Below, in pieces: positions 36,404 to 46,007 of a stretch of 64,000 nucleotides of DNA. The stretch's first letter is position 1, and every line of letters begins with the position of its first letter. The stretch lies in NCBI GenBank assembly GCA_963850215.1, contig CAWKKI010000004.1, positions 143,588-207,587 of the forward strand, written 5' to 3'. Below the pieces are notes generated by a model, which ran no database searches, was not told where the DNA came from, and saw nothing but the letters and a program-made list of their open reading frames with translations. Made by a program: the position numbers and the translations under genes. This stretch comes from an uncultured Actinomycetota bacterium (GTDB lineage: Bacteria > Actinomycetota > Actinomycetes > UBA12327).

Positions 36404-37351
36404 TCAGCGTCGTCCGCGCCGACCCCGAGGTCGCAGCCTCACTCCGGGCATCGCCGGGGCGGGGATCCGATCGATCGATCCTCGGTAGCCGCCAACCTGG
36501 CCGAAACGAGGGCTGCCGGACTCCCATTCGTTGCGCATTGCGACGATCTCCTCGTGTGAACGAGCGACGAAGTTCCACCACATCACGATCTCTTCGTCGA
36601 ACGGCTCGCCCCCGAGCAAGATCAGGCGCACTCCTTCAGGGCCGGCCTGCAGGTCCAGGGCCGCAGCGCCAACGTCCACGACGCCGAGATCCCCGAAGCC
36701 AAGAGACGTGCCGCCAAGCGTCACATCACCTCGGTCGACCAGCACGCCGTACTCGAAACCATTCGAGATCTGCAACGTGACGGATGCGTTCGGCTCCAGA
36801 TCGATCTGCGCGCCGACAAGGGGGGTGAAGGTCGCCACGGGCGATGCGTCGAGATCGGGTAATTGACCGATGAATGTGCGCACGGTCCCCAAGCCACCGG
36901 GTAACGGTGTCACCGGTGGCACGTAGTGGTCGAAACCTCGTCCACTACCGAGGGCCGACTCCGGCATCGCGATCCACAACTGGACCCCGTGCAGCACCTT
37001 GGCCTGACCGACTGAGACCTCGGAGTGCGCGATGCCACTGCCTGCGGTCATCAGGTTCAACTCGCCGGGCGCCACCCGCATCTGCACACCAGCGCTGTCA
37101 CGATGCTCGATCTCACCAGCGAACAGCCACGACACGGTCTGTAGCCCCGCGTGTGGATGTGGAGGCACATCCATGGACCCATGACCGTCGGCCTCGATTC
37201 GTTGCGGGCCGTAGTGGTCGGCGAAACACCAAGCGCCAACGAACGAGCGATCGCGATGGGGCAGGGTCCGGCGGACCGTGATCGCACGCACACCGCCTAG
37301 GGGCACGGCGCGCGGCGCGAGCACCTGGACGCTTCCTAGGCGTACGTCCAC
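36404..37351 (-). CDS. pirin family protein
   Basis: PPHPHAGLQTVSWLFAGEIEHRDS and MTAGSGIAHSE are present. The GTG start at 37351 (or 37324) is preferred because the longer ORF overlaps the upstream gene. Confidence 0.8.
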   Translation of the reverse strand: MDVRLGSVQVLAPRAVPLGGVRAITVRRTLPHRDRSFVGAWCFADHYGPQRIEADGHGSMDVPPHPHAGLQTVSWLFAGEIEHRDSAGVQMRVAPGELNLMTAGSGIAHSEVSVGQAKVLHGVQLWIAMPESALGSGRGFDHYVPPVTPLPGGLGTVRTFIGQLPDLDASPVATFTPLVGAQIDLEPNASVTLQISNGFEYGVLVDRGDVTLGGTSLGFGDLGVVDVGAAALDLQAGPEGVRLILLGGEPFDEEIVMWWNFVARSHEEIVAMRNEWESGSPRFGQVGGYRGSIDRIPAPAMPGVRLRPRGRRGRR

Positions 37352-38121
37352 TGTTTTCCGGTGATGGCCGTATAAGCGTCGGCGAACTTCGCCAGGTCGA
37401 AGCCCGCTCGGAAGTTGGGATTGTCGAGGTGCGCCTGGGTGATTACGAACCACGCTTCGTCGCACTGATGCGTTACGAAGCTCTTGGTCATGTCGAGCAA
37501 GTGCCCCCAAGTCACACAGGCATCGTCGTCGGGTCGTCCGGTGTAACCGACCCACACGACGCAATGCCCACCCCACGGCGCAGAGTCGGCGACGTGCTTC
37601 CACACGTCTTGAGTCTGTTGCGCGACATCAAGGTTGACGCCGATGACGATGCCAAGGCCAAGATAGATCGCCGCCTTCACGTCCGCTTCGACCTGCGGAT
37701 CCACCCGGGCAAAGCCGAGGATGTCGCCCTGCGCGTGCAGGTACTCGAGGAAGGTCTGGATCTCCATCCCGCCGTCAGCAGACGACCCAGGGCCGTTCGT
37801 CGAGGGCGAACCGGACGGATCGAAGTCGGGATTCTGGGTGCGGTAGAAGGCGAGGATCTGGTCCTTCGTGTAGTTGAGCCCCGTACCAGTGAGCAATTGG
37901 GTGACGACCTGCCGACAGTGATCCCACCCTGCGACGACGCAATCACCCCACTGATCGTTGTCGTCCATCGGGAACGACAGGTCGGGAGCGGGATCGACGG
38001 TGGGATGTTCGGGCGCTCGCACGTGAAGCTCGCTAAACAGGATTGCGCGGCGACCCGACGGAGCACGCCGCCCCAGTTTGAGGGTCGGGTGGTCGTGGAT
38101 GCCGACTGCGCCTGCCATCAA
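37336..38121 (-). CDS. hypothetical protein, possible papain-fold cysteine peptidase
   Basis: Order of motifs is NDQWGDCVVAG (candidate nucleophile Cys), GGHCVVWVGY (candidate His) and DEAWF. No signal peptide. Confidence 0.6.
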   Translation of the reverse strand: MMAGAVGIHDHPTLKLGRRAPSGRRAILFSELHVRAPEHPTVDPAPDLSFPMDDNDQWGDCVVAGWDHCRQVVTQLLTGTGLNYTKDQILAFYRTQNPDFDPSGSPSTNGPGSSADGGMEIQTFLEYLHAQGDILGFARVDPQVEADVKAAIYLGLGIVIGVNLDVAQQTQDVWKHVADSAPWGGHCVVWVGYTGRPDDDACVTWGHLLDMTKSFVTHQCDEAWFVITQAHLDNPNFRAGFDLAKFADAYTAITGKQWTYA

Positions 38122-38173
38122 CCGCGATTATGCCTCAGCCCGGATGCCCAGCGCCTGCGCCGCCGCGGGCGGC

Positions 38174-38246
38174 CCCATCCACCCCCATCCAGCCCGTCCA
38201 GCCCATCCAGCCCGTCCAGCCCATCCAGCCCGTCCAGCCCATCCAC
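38174..38246. repeat. tandem 9-bp repeat (CCCATCCAG/CCCGTCCAG alternating, about 8 units)
   Basis: Read directly from the sequence. All six frames stay open across it. It lies 5' of the peptidase-like gene. Confidence 0.85.
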
Positions 38247-38251
38247 CGGGC

Positions 38252-38360
38252 CTTTGCATCGCTCGTTGGCTCTTTGCATCGCTTCCTCGACCGCTTGCAT
38301 CGCGCACGGCAGCCTTGCGCAGGTTGCGAGGTGCGCAGGGCGTGAGCACGCGATGCAAAG
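38252..38360. promoter_or_regulatory. iteron-like sites: CTTTGCATCGC x2 plus GCTTGCATCGC at 20-21 bp spacing, with one inverted copy
   Basis: Direct copies start at 38252, 38272 and 38293. The inverted copy CGCGATGCAAAG is at 38349..38360. Confidence 0.4.
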
Positions 38361-38459
38361 CGTGCGGCGAGGAGGTTCGGTCGGGCCGTCATCGCGTTGC
38401 GCCGCAGGGGCGAGCCTCGGGCGGCGAGCCTCGGGCGGTGCGCCTCAGCCCGCTGTGAC

Positions 38460-39908
38460 TCAGACGTGAAGTTCGCGGAGGTCGAGCATCTCCGAGGCGC
38501 CAAGCTCGGCCAAGAAGGACCGGCACCAGAACTCGGCGTCGTGGCTGAACACCTGCTTGCGCATGATCTGCATGCGCCGACTGCGCTCTGAGTCCGATAC
38601 CTGCAACGCGTCGAGGAGCTTCGCCTTCACATCATCGACGTCGTAGGGGTTGACCATCCATGCCTCGCCCAACTCGTGGGCAGCACCGGCGAACTCGCTG
38701 AGCACCAACGCGCCATCGTCATGCACGCGCGCGACGACGTACTCCTTGGCTACGAGATTCATGCCATCTCTCAACGGAGTCACCAGCATCACTTGCGCTG
38801 CCGTGTACCAAGCGATGATCTCTTTGCGGTCTACGGGCTGGCGCACATAGAGCAACGCCGGCCGTCGCGGAGTGCCGAAGGCTCCGACCGTGCGACCGAC
38901 AATGAGCTCGATCTCATCGCGGATGCGTTGATACTCGACCAACTCTTCGCGACTCGGCGACGCAATTTGAACGAAGAGGGTGTCCTCGGGATCAAGAGCG
39001 CCGTCGTGCAGCAACTCCGCGTACGCACGCAGCCTGAGATCAATCCCCTTCGTGTAGTCGAGCCGATCGGCACCGAAGATCAGAGTGGTCGGATTCCCGA
39101 CGCTCTCGCGCAGCTCTTGTGGCATGCCAGCGGCAACGGCCTCGATGGCAATGCGTTCGACTTCGCGCGAGTCGATGGACGCGGGAAAGACTCCGATCCG
39201 CACTCGTCGCTCTCCGACGATCACAGATCTACCGTCCACATCGGCGACGTCGAGCTCGGCCACGCAACGCAGGAAGTTGTGCGCGTCCCCTTCGGTCTGA
39301 AAGCCGATGAGGTCCGACCCGAGCATCCCGCGCAACAACTCAAGGCGCCACGGGATCTGGGCGAACAACTCGAGCGGTGGGAACGGAGTGTGCAGGAAGA
39401 AACCAAGTCGCACATGCGGACGACGCAACCGGACGAACTCAGGTACGAGCATCAACTGGTAGTCGTGAATCCAGACGATCGAGTCCGAGCCGGACGCATC
39501 GAGGGCCGCATCGGCAAATCGTTCATTGACCTTGCGATAAGCCTGGAACATGCGACGGCGGTAGACCGGCGTCACGACGTGGTCGTGCAGCAGCGGCCAC
39601 AGCGTCACGTTGCAGAAGCCCGCATAGAAGTCGCGCAACTCCTGCGCGGACAACTCGATGTCTATGACACGCAAGTCGCCGAGTTGCGCCGGCACCGGCG
39701 GACTCGGTGTGCCAGCGATCCCGTTCCACCCGATCCACACCGCATCCGAACGACCGACCACCGGGTCCAGGGCGCTAACAAGCCCTCCGGGAGCCGCACG
39801 CCATTCAACTTCGTCTGGCGCAATCTCAACCGCCTGCAGCGGAAGTCGGTTGGCGACTACGACAAGCCCCGGACCCTCGGGCTTTCGTTGCTCGTGAATC
39901 ATCGGCAT
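38460..39908 (-). CDS. otsA: alpha,alpha-trehalose-phosphate synthase (GT20)
   Basis: [30 protein letters not shown] and [15 protein letters not shown] motifs are present. Confidence 0.9.
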   Translation of the reverse strand: MPMIHEQRKPEGPGLVVVANRLPLQAVEIAPDEVEWRAAPGGLVSALDPVVGRSDAVWIGWNGIAGTPSPPVPAQLGDLRVIDIELSAQELRDFYAGFCNVTLWPLLHDHVVTPVYRRRMFQAYRKVNERFADAALDASGSDSIVWIHDYQLMLVPEFVRLRRPHVRLGFFLHTPFPPLELFAQIPWRLELLRGMLGSDLIGFQTEGDAHNFLRCVAELDVADVDGRSVIVGERRVRIGVFPASIDSREVERIAIEAVAAGMPQELRESVGNPTTLIFGADRLDYTKGIDLRLRAYAELLHDGALDPEDTLFVQIASPSREELVEYQRIRDEIELIVGRTVGAFGTPRRPALLYVRQPVDRKEIIAWYTAAQVMLVTPLRDGMNLVAKEYVVARVHDDGALVLSEFAGAAHELGEAWMVNPYDVDDVKAKLLDALQVSDSERSRRMQIMRKQVFSHDAEFWCRSFLAELGASEMLDLRELHV

Positions 39909-39911
39909 CAG

Positions 39912-39937
39912 TTACCCATTCTTTCCCATGACGATAC
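39912..39937 (-). promoter_or_regulatory. candidate SigF/SigB-class promoter (GTAT-N16-GGGTAA) abutting the otsA start
   Basis: Minus strand reads GTATcgtcatgggaaagaatGGGTAActgATGccgATG. Confidence 0.45.
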
Positions 39938-40012
39938 GTTCGAGCCAGAGCCGAAAGGCACAAACCGACCGACAAGAGCACGCGAGGATCGAACTGCGGC
40001 GAAAGGAAGCCC

Positions 40013-40795
40013 GTGGATCTTGACGGCCTGCTGCAGAACGCGATGAAGGCACCACGAGTTCTCGTGATCAGCGATTTTGATGGGACTCTCGCGCCTTTCG
40101 TCGCCCACCGTGATGACGCACGGATGCCTGTTCGAGCGGCGCGCGCCCTCGAGCAGCTGGCGGGCCAGGACGGTGTCGAGGTCGTGATCCTCAGCGGTCG
40201 CTCGCTCGATGACCTTCGTGCACGCACCCGCAGCGTCCCCTCATCGCGGCTGATCGCCAGCCACGGAGTCGAGGACCCCGACTCCACAAAGGGTTCCGAC
40301 ACCGCGGACTTGGCGGTGCGACGCGATGACTTAGCAGCCGCCGTGCAAGACCTCGTCGGCGGCCTGTCTGGCGTTGACATCGAGGTCAAGCCAGCCGCGA
40401 TCGCTGTTCACTACCGCCGCGCTGAGCCTGGCATCGCCGCGATCGCGCGTGATCGGCTAGACGGCGGGCCCGTTCGTTGGCCAGACATCAGCACGCTGCA
40501 CGGCGCATCGATCATCGAGATGTTGTTGTCCGCGACCACGAAGGGTGATGCAGTTCGCCGTTTGTTCACCGACGAGTCATATGGCGACCACGACGTCGTC
40601 ATCTTTGCCGGCGACGACACGACCGACGAAACCGTGTTCCACGTACTGCGTGCACAGGATGTGGGCATCCATGTGCGTAACGGGGAGTCGACGTTCGACT
40701 CAGCGGCGCAGTTCGAACTGCCATCGACAACCGCATGGATAGACACCCTCGAACGAATGAACGCGTGGCGCCGCACACGAACCGACGGCGTATGA
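40013..40795 (+). CDS. otsB: trehalose-phosphatase (HAD)
   Basis: GAAAGGAAG RBS precedes the GTG start. The VLVISDFDGTLAPF (DxD) motif is present. Confidence 0.85.
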   Translation: MDLDGLLQNAMKAPRVLVISDFDGTLAPFVAHRDDARMPVRAARALEQLAGQDGVEVVILSGRSLDDLRARTRSVPSSRLIASHGVEDPDSTKGSDTADLAVRRDDLAAAVQDLVGGLSGVDIEVKPAAIAVHYRRAEPGIAAIARDRLDGGPVRWPDISTLHGASIIEMLLSATTKGDAVRRLFTDESYGDHDVVIFAGDDTTDETVFHVLRAQDVGIHVRNGESTFDSAAQFELPSTTAWIDTLERMNAWRRTRTDGV

Positions 40796-40815
40796 ACGTA
40801 TGCCGGGCCGGGTAG
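40790..40815 (+). promoter_or_regulatory. candidate SigF/SigB-class promoter (GTAT-N16-GGGTAG)
   Basis: GTATgaacgtatgccgggccGGGTAG overlaps the otsB stop and lies 5' of the small membrane protein gene. Confidence 0.45.
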
Positions 40816-40865
40816 TTGTCATGACAGTTCCGCGACACGAGGTCGCCGCTGAGAAGGGAACCGTC

Positions 40866-41024
40866 ATGGCCGCCATCTTGCTTGTCCTGCTGCTTGCAGT
40901 GCTGCTGTTTGGGCTCGGCTTCAGCCTGCACCTGCTGTGGATCGCGGCTGCGATCGTGCTGATCCTCTGGCTCGTCGGTTTCATGATGCGTGGCGCGGAG
41001 GGCGCGCGCTGGTACCGCTGGTAG
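40866..41024 (+). CDS. small two-TM membrane protein ending RWYRW
   Basis: GAGAAGGGAA RBS. Product is MAAILLVLLLAVLLFGLGFSLHLLWIAAAIVLILWLVGFMMRG.... An in-frame ATG at 40821 is a possible leaderless alternative. Confidence 0.55.
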   Translation: MAAILLVLLLAVLLFGLGFSLHLLWIAAAIVLILWLVGFMMRGAEGARWYRW

Positions 41025-41037
41025 CAGGGGCGCTCGA

Positions 41038-41756
41038 ATGCTGAGTCCCCGCTCGATGCTGGATCGCAGACGCACAGTCGTGGTGACCGGGGCCAGTGCT
41101 GGCCTCGGTCGCGCGATTGCGGGCGCATTCGGTGAAGAAGGCGCGCGCGTGGCACTGCTTGCGCGCGGGGAGGCACGCGCGAGGCGTTGCGACTGATGCG
41201 CCCGCGCAACCGCGGCACGATCGTTCAGGTTGGTTCCGCGTTGGCTTATCGCGGAATTCCTCTGCAAAGCGCCTACTGCGGCGCGAAGCATGCGATGGTC
41301 GGTTTCACTGAGTCGGTGCGCACCGAGTTGATGCATGAGCACAGCCAAGTCCACGTGACGATGGTCCAGATGCCCGCCGTCAACACGCCTCAGTTCGAGT
41401 GGGTCCTGTCGAGACTCCCCAAACGCGCGCGGCGGGCCTACTGGGTCGGCGCGAGCACAATCGCCACCATCCTGGGAAACCGGGTGGCGGGGGGCCTGCT
41501 CGACCCATACCTCGCTCGGGTGGGTTACAGCTCACAGCAGACCAACGAGACCGAACCCACCGACGCGCCCTCCAACCTGTGGCACGCCCTTGATGACAGT
41601 GGACTGGACTTCGGTTCGCACGGCCCGTTCGACGCCGAGAGTCACTCACACAGCCGCGCCCTCACACTCGTTGAGTACCGACCACAGATCACCACTGGTG
41701 CAATAGTCGGGCTCGTCGGGTCCGCAGTCGCGATCGCAGCGTGCGTAGACGTCTAA
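41038..41756 (+). pseudogene. SDR oxidoreductase paralogue of 15915..16940 with two internal deletions
   Basis: N-terminus TVVVTGASAGLGRAIAGAFGEEGARVALLARGE stops at 41196. After a frame change it resumes as ALRLMRPRNRGTIVQVGSALAYRGIPLQSAYCGAKHA. About 85 aa are missing, plus a second in-frame gap of about 27 aa after SRLP. Confidence 0.7.
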
Positions 41757-41765
41757 GGTCGTGGC

Positions 41766-43583
41766 GTGTCGCGTCCCATTGAGGACTACGGGCTGATCGG
41801 GGACACGGTCAGCGGCGCACTCGTGAGCACCGCAGGTTCCATCGACTGGTTGTGCCTGCCTCGATTCGATTCCGGGGCGTGCTTTGCCTCGTTGCTTGGT
41901 GATGAGTCCAACGGGCATTGGACCGTGGGCCCCGCCGATCCCCACACTGCGACCACGCGCAGGTATCTCGAGAACTCACTTGTGCTCGAGACAACCCATA
42001 CAACGCCCGAGGCTGAGGTCCGGGTCACCGACTTCATGCCGATGAACGAGTCGACCGTCACTGTGACTCGGGTGATCGAAGGTATCCGCGGATCGATGCG
42101 TATGCGCAGCCTGCTCCGTCCTGTGTTCGACTACGGCTCCGAGCAACCCTGGTGGCACGACGAGGGCTCATTGCTCACCGCCTCGTCCGGTCCCGGCGGT
42201 GTCGTCCTTGATGGCGATATCCCTCACGAGGTCACGGACGAGGGGGCGCTGGCTGAGTTCACTATGAAGGCGCGCCGCACGGTGTGCCTGCGCATCCGCT
42301 GGGTGCCGATGAACGAGCAGCCCGGCCCGGCGGTTCCGCCAGAAAAGTCGATGAAGCGCACGATCTCATGGTGGAACGAATGGACGCGTCAATGCACCTA
42401 CCGCGGTCCCTACCGCGATGCCGTGACGCGTTCGCTCATCACTATCAAGGGCCTCAGTTACAGCCCCAGCGGTGGCATCCTCGCCGCACTCACTACCTCG
42501 TTGCCCGAGATCGTCGGCGGATCCGACAACTGGGACTACCGGCTGTGCTGGGTTCGCGACGCGACGTTCACGCTGATGGCCCTAGTCGAGGCTGGCTTCA
42601 AAGAAGAGGCCATCGCCTGGCGCGAGTGGCTACTGCGTGCGGTAGCCGGCAAGGCCGAACAGATGCGCACGGTCTACGGCATCGACGGCGAGCGGCTGAT
42701 CCCCGAGTACGAGTTGCCATGGCTACCCGGTTATGACAACTCCGGGCCGGTCCGGATCGGCAATCTCGCCGGCGACCAGTTCCAGCTGGACATCTACGGG
42801 GAACTCGTCGATGCACTGCACCAAGCAACAGCCCACAACGTCCCGCCCAACGAAGATGCGTGGAAGCTCCAGCAGCACCTCATGGACTATCTGGAGTCGA
42901 CCTGGTCGAGCCCGGACAACGGAATCTGGGAGCTACGCGGCGACGCGCGTCATCACGTGTTCTCGAAGGTCATGGCCTGGGCAGGTGTCGATCGCGCAAT
43001 CAAGACATCGGAGCAACGACACATCGACGCGCCCATCGCCCGCTGGACCAAGCTCCGCGCGAAGATCCATCACGACGTCTGCACTCGGGGTTTCAACGCG
43101 AAGATGAACTCATTCACGCAGACCTATGGCTCGACTGCACTCGATGCGGCCCTGCTGCTGATGGCCCCAGTTGGGTTCCTGCCCGCGAGCGACGCGCGGA
43201 TGACTGGCACCCTGCGCGCCATCGAGGATCGACTGATGTGCGACGGCTTCGTCTGGCGCAAGGCCGACAACCCCGAACACACCGGCAAGCCATCGAGCCC
43301 CGACGACATCGCCGAGGAAGGCGCGTTCCTTGCCTGCAGCTTCTGGATGGCGGACAACTACATCCTGCAAGGCCGTTATGACGATGCCCACCGAATGGTC
43401 GAGAACGTCATCAACATCGGCAACGACATCGGACTGCTGGCTGAGGAGTACGACCCGCGACGCCGTCGCATGATCGGGAACTTCCCGCAGGCGTTCAGCC
43501 ATGTGCCCCTGGTCGTCACCGCGTTGAACCTGGCTCCCACCCGGGGGCCGAGTCAACGACGCGGCGCCCCCGCCGGCAAATGA
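41766..43583 (+). CDS. glycoside hydrolase family 15 protein (glucoamylase/trehalase-type), second copy
   Basis: IEDYGLIGDTVSGALVSTAGSIDWLCLPRFDS, WDYRLCWVRD and LLAEEYD motifs are present. Confidence 0.85.
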   Translation: MSRPIEDYGLIGDTVSGALVSTAGSIDWLCLPRFDSGACFASLLGDESNGHWTVGPADPHTATTRRYLENSLVLETTHTTPEAEVRVTDFMPMNESTVTVTRVIEGIRGSMRMRSLLRPVFDYGSEQPWWHDEGSLLTASSGPGGVVLDGDIPHEVTDEGALAEFTMKARRTVCLRIRWVPMNEQPGPAVPPEKSMKRTISWWNEWTRQCTYRGPYRDAVTRSLITIKGLSYSPSGGILAALTTSLPEIVGGSDNWDYRLCWVRDATFTLMALVEAGFKEEAIAWREWLLRAVAGKAEQMRTVYGIDGERLIPEYELPWLPGYDNSGPVRIGNLAGDQFQLDIYGELVDALHQATAHNVPPNEDAWKLQQHLMDYLESTWSSPDNGIWELRGDARHHVFSKVMAWAGVDRAIKTSEQRHIDAPIARWTKLRAKIHHDVCTRGFNAKMNSFTQTYGSTALDAALLLMAPVGFLPASDARMTGTLRAIEDRLMCDGFVWRKADNPEHTGKPSSPDDIAEEGAFLACSFWMADNYILQGRYDDAHRMVENVINIGNDIGLLAEEYDPRRRRMIGNFPQAFSHVPLVVTALNLAPTRGPSQRRGAPAGK

Positions 43584-44464
43584 CCAAGCTGGGGGATCGA
43601 GTGGTGCTCGGGTCGCGACTCCGGGCGTATTCGCATGAGCTCTCGCTGATGCGGGTCACGCAGTCGGCCATCCTGCTCGCTTGGCGAGCCGCGTTCGCTC
43701 TCTTCCCGTTGCTTTTCGCGCTGTCCGCGGCTCTGGCACTCGTCTTTCGCAACTATCCGAGTGTTCGGCAGAGCATCATCGACGCAGCCAGCCGCAACAT
43801 TCCTTTGCTCGGCCAGCAGATCACCCAGGACCTCGGTTCGTTCCCTCGCCCCGGCCTGGCCCTCGCACTGGCGCTGCTCACTGCCGTCACCGCAACGGCG
43901 AGCATGTGCAGTGCGATCCAGCTGATCTTCAACGATCTGTGGGACGTGCCGCTCGATGCGCGCCCGAAGGGCGGCCCGAAGCTGTTGCGCACGCTCGGAC
44001 TGTTCGCAGTTCTGGCCGTGAGCACGCTCGTCAGCGCTGGTCTGGCGACGCTGCTCGGCTCCCTACAAGGCGCGCTCTGGACAATCCTCGGGCTACTGGC
44101 CAGCCTGATCGCGGCGATCGTGCTGAGCATCGCGGGCCTACGGCTGGGCACGGCACCCCAGATCCCCACTCGCCTTCTGCTGTGGGCTGGCGTGGCTGTG
44201 GCCGTGGGCTGGCAGATCGTCCAAGGGGTCGGTGGGTTCTACCTCGCGCACTATCTCTCGCGCGCCAGCGTGCTCTACGGCACGTTCGGACTGGCGCTTG
44301 GTCTCCTGATCTGGCTGTACCTGCTGGCACTCGTGCCGCTCGCATGCGTCACTCCGGCTGCGGTGCGATACCGCGTGACTCGCGCGCAAGAAAACGTCGG
44401 AATGAGATCCACCGGCGCGGCCACGTATGACTCACCCGGCGAGGGGGTAGCGACCATCCGGTAA
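43580..44464 (+). CDS. YihY/BrkB family membrane protein
   Basis: Shares an ATGA overlap with the GH15 gene. Multi-TM profile with the characteristic N-terminal region. Confidence 0.75.
   Translation: MTKLGDRVVLGSRLRAYSHELSLMRVTQSAILLAWRAAFALFPLLFALSAALALVFRNYPSVRQSIIDAASRNIPLLGQQITQDLGSFPRPGLALALALLTAVTATASMCSAIQLIFNDLWDVPLDARPKGGPKLLRTLGLFAVLAVSTLVSAGLATLLGSLQGALWTILGLLASLIAAIVLSIAGLRLGTAPQIPTRLLLWAGVAVAVGWQIVQGVGGFYLAHYLSRASVLYGTFGLALGLLIWLYLLALVPLACVTPAAVRYRVTRAQENVGMRSTGAATYDSPGEGVATIR
44425..44450 (+). promoter_or_regulatory. candidate autoregulatory SigF/SigB-class promoter (GTAT-N16-GGGTAG)
   Basis: GTATgactcacccggcgaggGGGTAG lies 50 nt upstream of the STAS gene. Confidence 0.55.
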
Positions 44465-44500
44465 CTATCCTCGGAACCAACTGCGAAGGGATGCAACAAC

Positions 44501-44812
44501 GTGACCTGTCAGGTGGACATCCAAGGTTCAGGGGACGACACACTTGTTGTCGTGAAAGGCGACCTCGACATTGCCGGCGCAAAGCAATTTCGCGCATCGA
44601 CCGAGGGTCTTGAGGCGCGAGCGACAAACGTGGCAGTAGATCTCGCCGACGTCGACTTCATCGACTCGACCGGACTGGGCGCACTCGTTGGTCTGTTTCG
44701 ACGACTGCGCGAGCTCGATGGATCGATGCGGATCGTTGCGACTTCCGACACTGTCCAGAAGGTGTTTCAGATCACCGCGTTGGATCGCGTCTTCCCGCAG
44801 GCCGACGCGTGA
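44501..44812 (+). CDS. STAS-domain anti-sigma-factor antagonist
   Basis: VDFIDSTGLGALV carries the phosphorylatable-Ser region. 103 aa, GTG start. Confidence 0.85.
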   Translation: MTCQVDIQGSGDDTLVVVKGDLDIAGAKQFRASTEGLEARATNVAVDLADVDFIDSTGLGALVGLFRRLRELDGSMRIVATSDTVQKVFQITALDRVFPQADA

Positions 44813-45207
44813 GCGACTTCACGCCGCTTGTACGGATGCAGGTGCCGCCGACAGACGACAGCGTGGTCATCGTGCGTTCGACCGGTGCGTTGTTGGGCAC
44901 TCAGCTCGGCTTCACCCTGGAGCGCGTCCAGGACCTTCGCATGGTGGTGGACGAGTTGATGTCGCTAATGATCGGGAGCGGGGTGACCGACGACCAAATC
45001 ACAGCCGAGTTCTTGGTCAACGAAGTTGAGCTGCGCGTGATTGTGTCCGGGCACACCGCCCAGGACTCGCCTCCTTTCGGCGAAGGCTTTGCCTGGACAG
45101 TTCTGGCTGCGCTGGCCGACTCCGTCGACGTCGACCGCCCAGATCGACGCCTGGTTATCAGTGCGGACATGTCGCTTGATCCCGCCGAGCTCAGCGCCGC
45201 TGAATGA
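44809..45207 (+). CDS. anti-sigma F factor (UsfX/RsbW-like)
   Basis: Overlaps both neighbouring genes by 4 nt. DLRMVVDELMSLMI and FAWTVLAALADSV parallel the mycobacterial UsfX pattern. Confidence 0.65.
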   Translation: MSDFTPLVRMQVPPTDDSVVIVRSTGALLGTQLGFTLERVQDLRMVVDELMSLMIGSGVTDDQITAEFLVNEVELRVIVSGHTAQDSPPFGEGFAWTVLAALADSVDVDRPDRRLVISADMSLDPAELSAAE

Positions 45208-46007
45208 CTGACGACGACACCGCGCAAATGCGCGGTGAGTCGCTCAATCAGATCAACGTGCAGCTGTTCGCGCGGCTAGCGGATGCCACGGGCGACGAGC
45301 GAGCGGCCATCCGCGAAGAAATCGTGTTGGCGAACACCTCCGTCGTGAACCACATAGCGTGGCGCTACCGCGATCGCGGCGAGCCAATCGATGACCTCCG
45401 ACAGGTCGGGATGCTCGGCCTGCTCGGCAGCATCGACCGCTTCGATCCCGAACGCGGCGTCGATTTCCTGGCCTTCGCCACGCCGGGCATCCTCGGTGAG
45501 ATCCGCCGTCACTTTCGTGACCACGCGTGGAGCGTGCATGTCCCACGCGGCCTCAAGACGCTGCGCGCACGGGTACAGACGGCAAGCGAGGAGCTTGCGC
45601 ACGAACTTGGTCACGAGCCTTCGCTGGCTGAAGTCGCGCGCGTCCTTGAGGTCACGGCAGAGGAGGTGGTTGAGGCGCTGGAGTCCGCGCGTGCGTTCTC
45701 CGCAATGGACATCGATGCGCCAACAGGCGAGGGCAGCCGCCCGCTCTCCGAACAACTCGGGTCGAATGATCCGGCGATGCTCGAGATCGAGAACCGCGAG
45801 GTCCTTGCGCCGCTGATCCGCAGCCTGCCGCCGCGCGAGCGGCGGATCATCTTGCAGCGTTTTTATCGGAACATGAGCCAAGCAGCGATCGCTGAAGAGA
45901 TCGGTATCTCACAAGTACAGGTGTCGCGCCTGCTGCGCCAGACGTTGGACACTCTGCGCGAACGCGCGGGCGTCGAGGACGCTACTGAAGTGGTACCACC
46001 GTACTGA
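45204..46007 (+). CDS. sigF: RNA polymerase sigma factor, SigB/SigF/SigG subfamily
   Basis: Region 2 is DDLRQVGMLGLLGSIDRFDPERGVDFLAFATPGILGEIRRHFRD. Region 4 is MSQAAIAEEIGISQVQVSRLLRQ. Confidence 0.9.
   Translation: MTDDDTAQMRGESLNQINVQLFARLADATGDERAAIREEIVLANTSVVNHIAWRYRDRGEPIDDLRQVGMLGLLGSIDRFDPERGVDFLAFATPGILGEIRRHFRDHAWSVHVPRGLKTLRARVQTASEELAHELGHEPSLAEVARVLEVTAEEVVEALESARAFSAMDIDAPTGEGSRPLSEQLGSNDPAMLEIENREVLAPLIRSLPPRERRIILQRFYRNMSQAAIAEEIGISQVQVSRLLRQTLDTLRERAGVEDATEVVPPY

Noticed and set aside
38174-38246. Possible CRISPR array because of regularly repeated short units
   Set aside because: The units are 9 bp and directly contiguous with no spacers, and no cas genes lie nearby. It is a simple tandem repeat.
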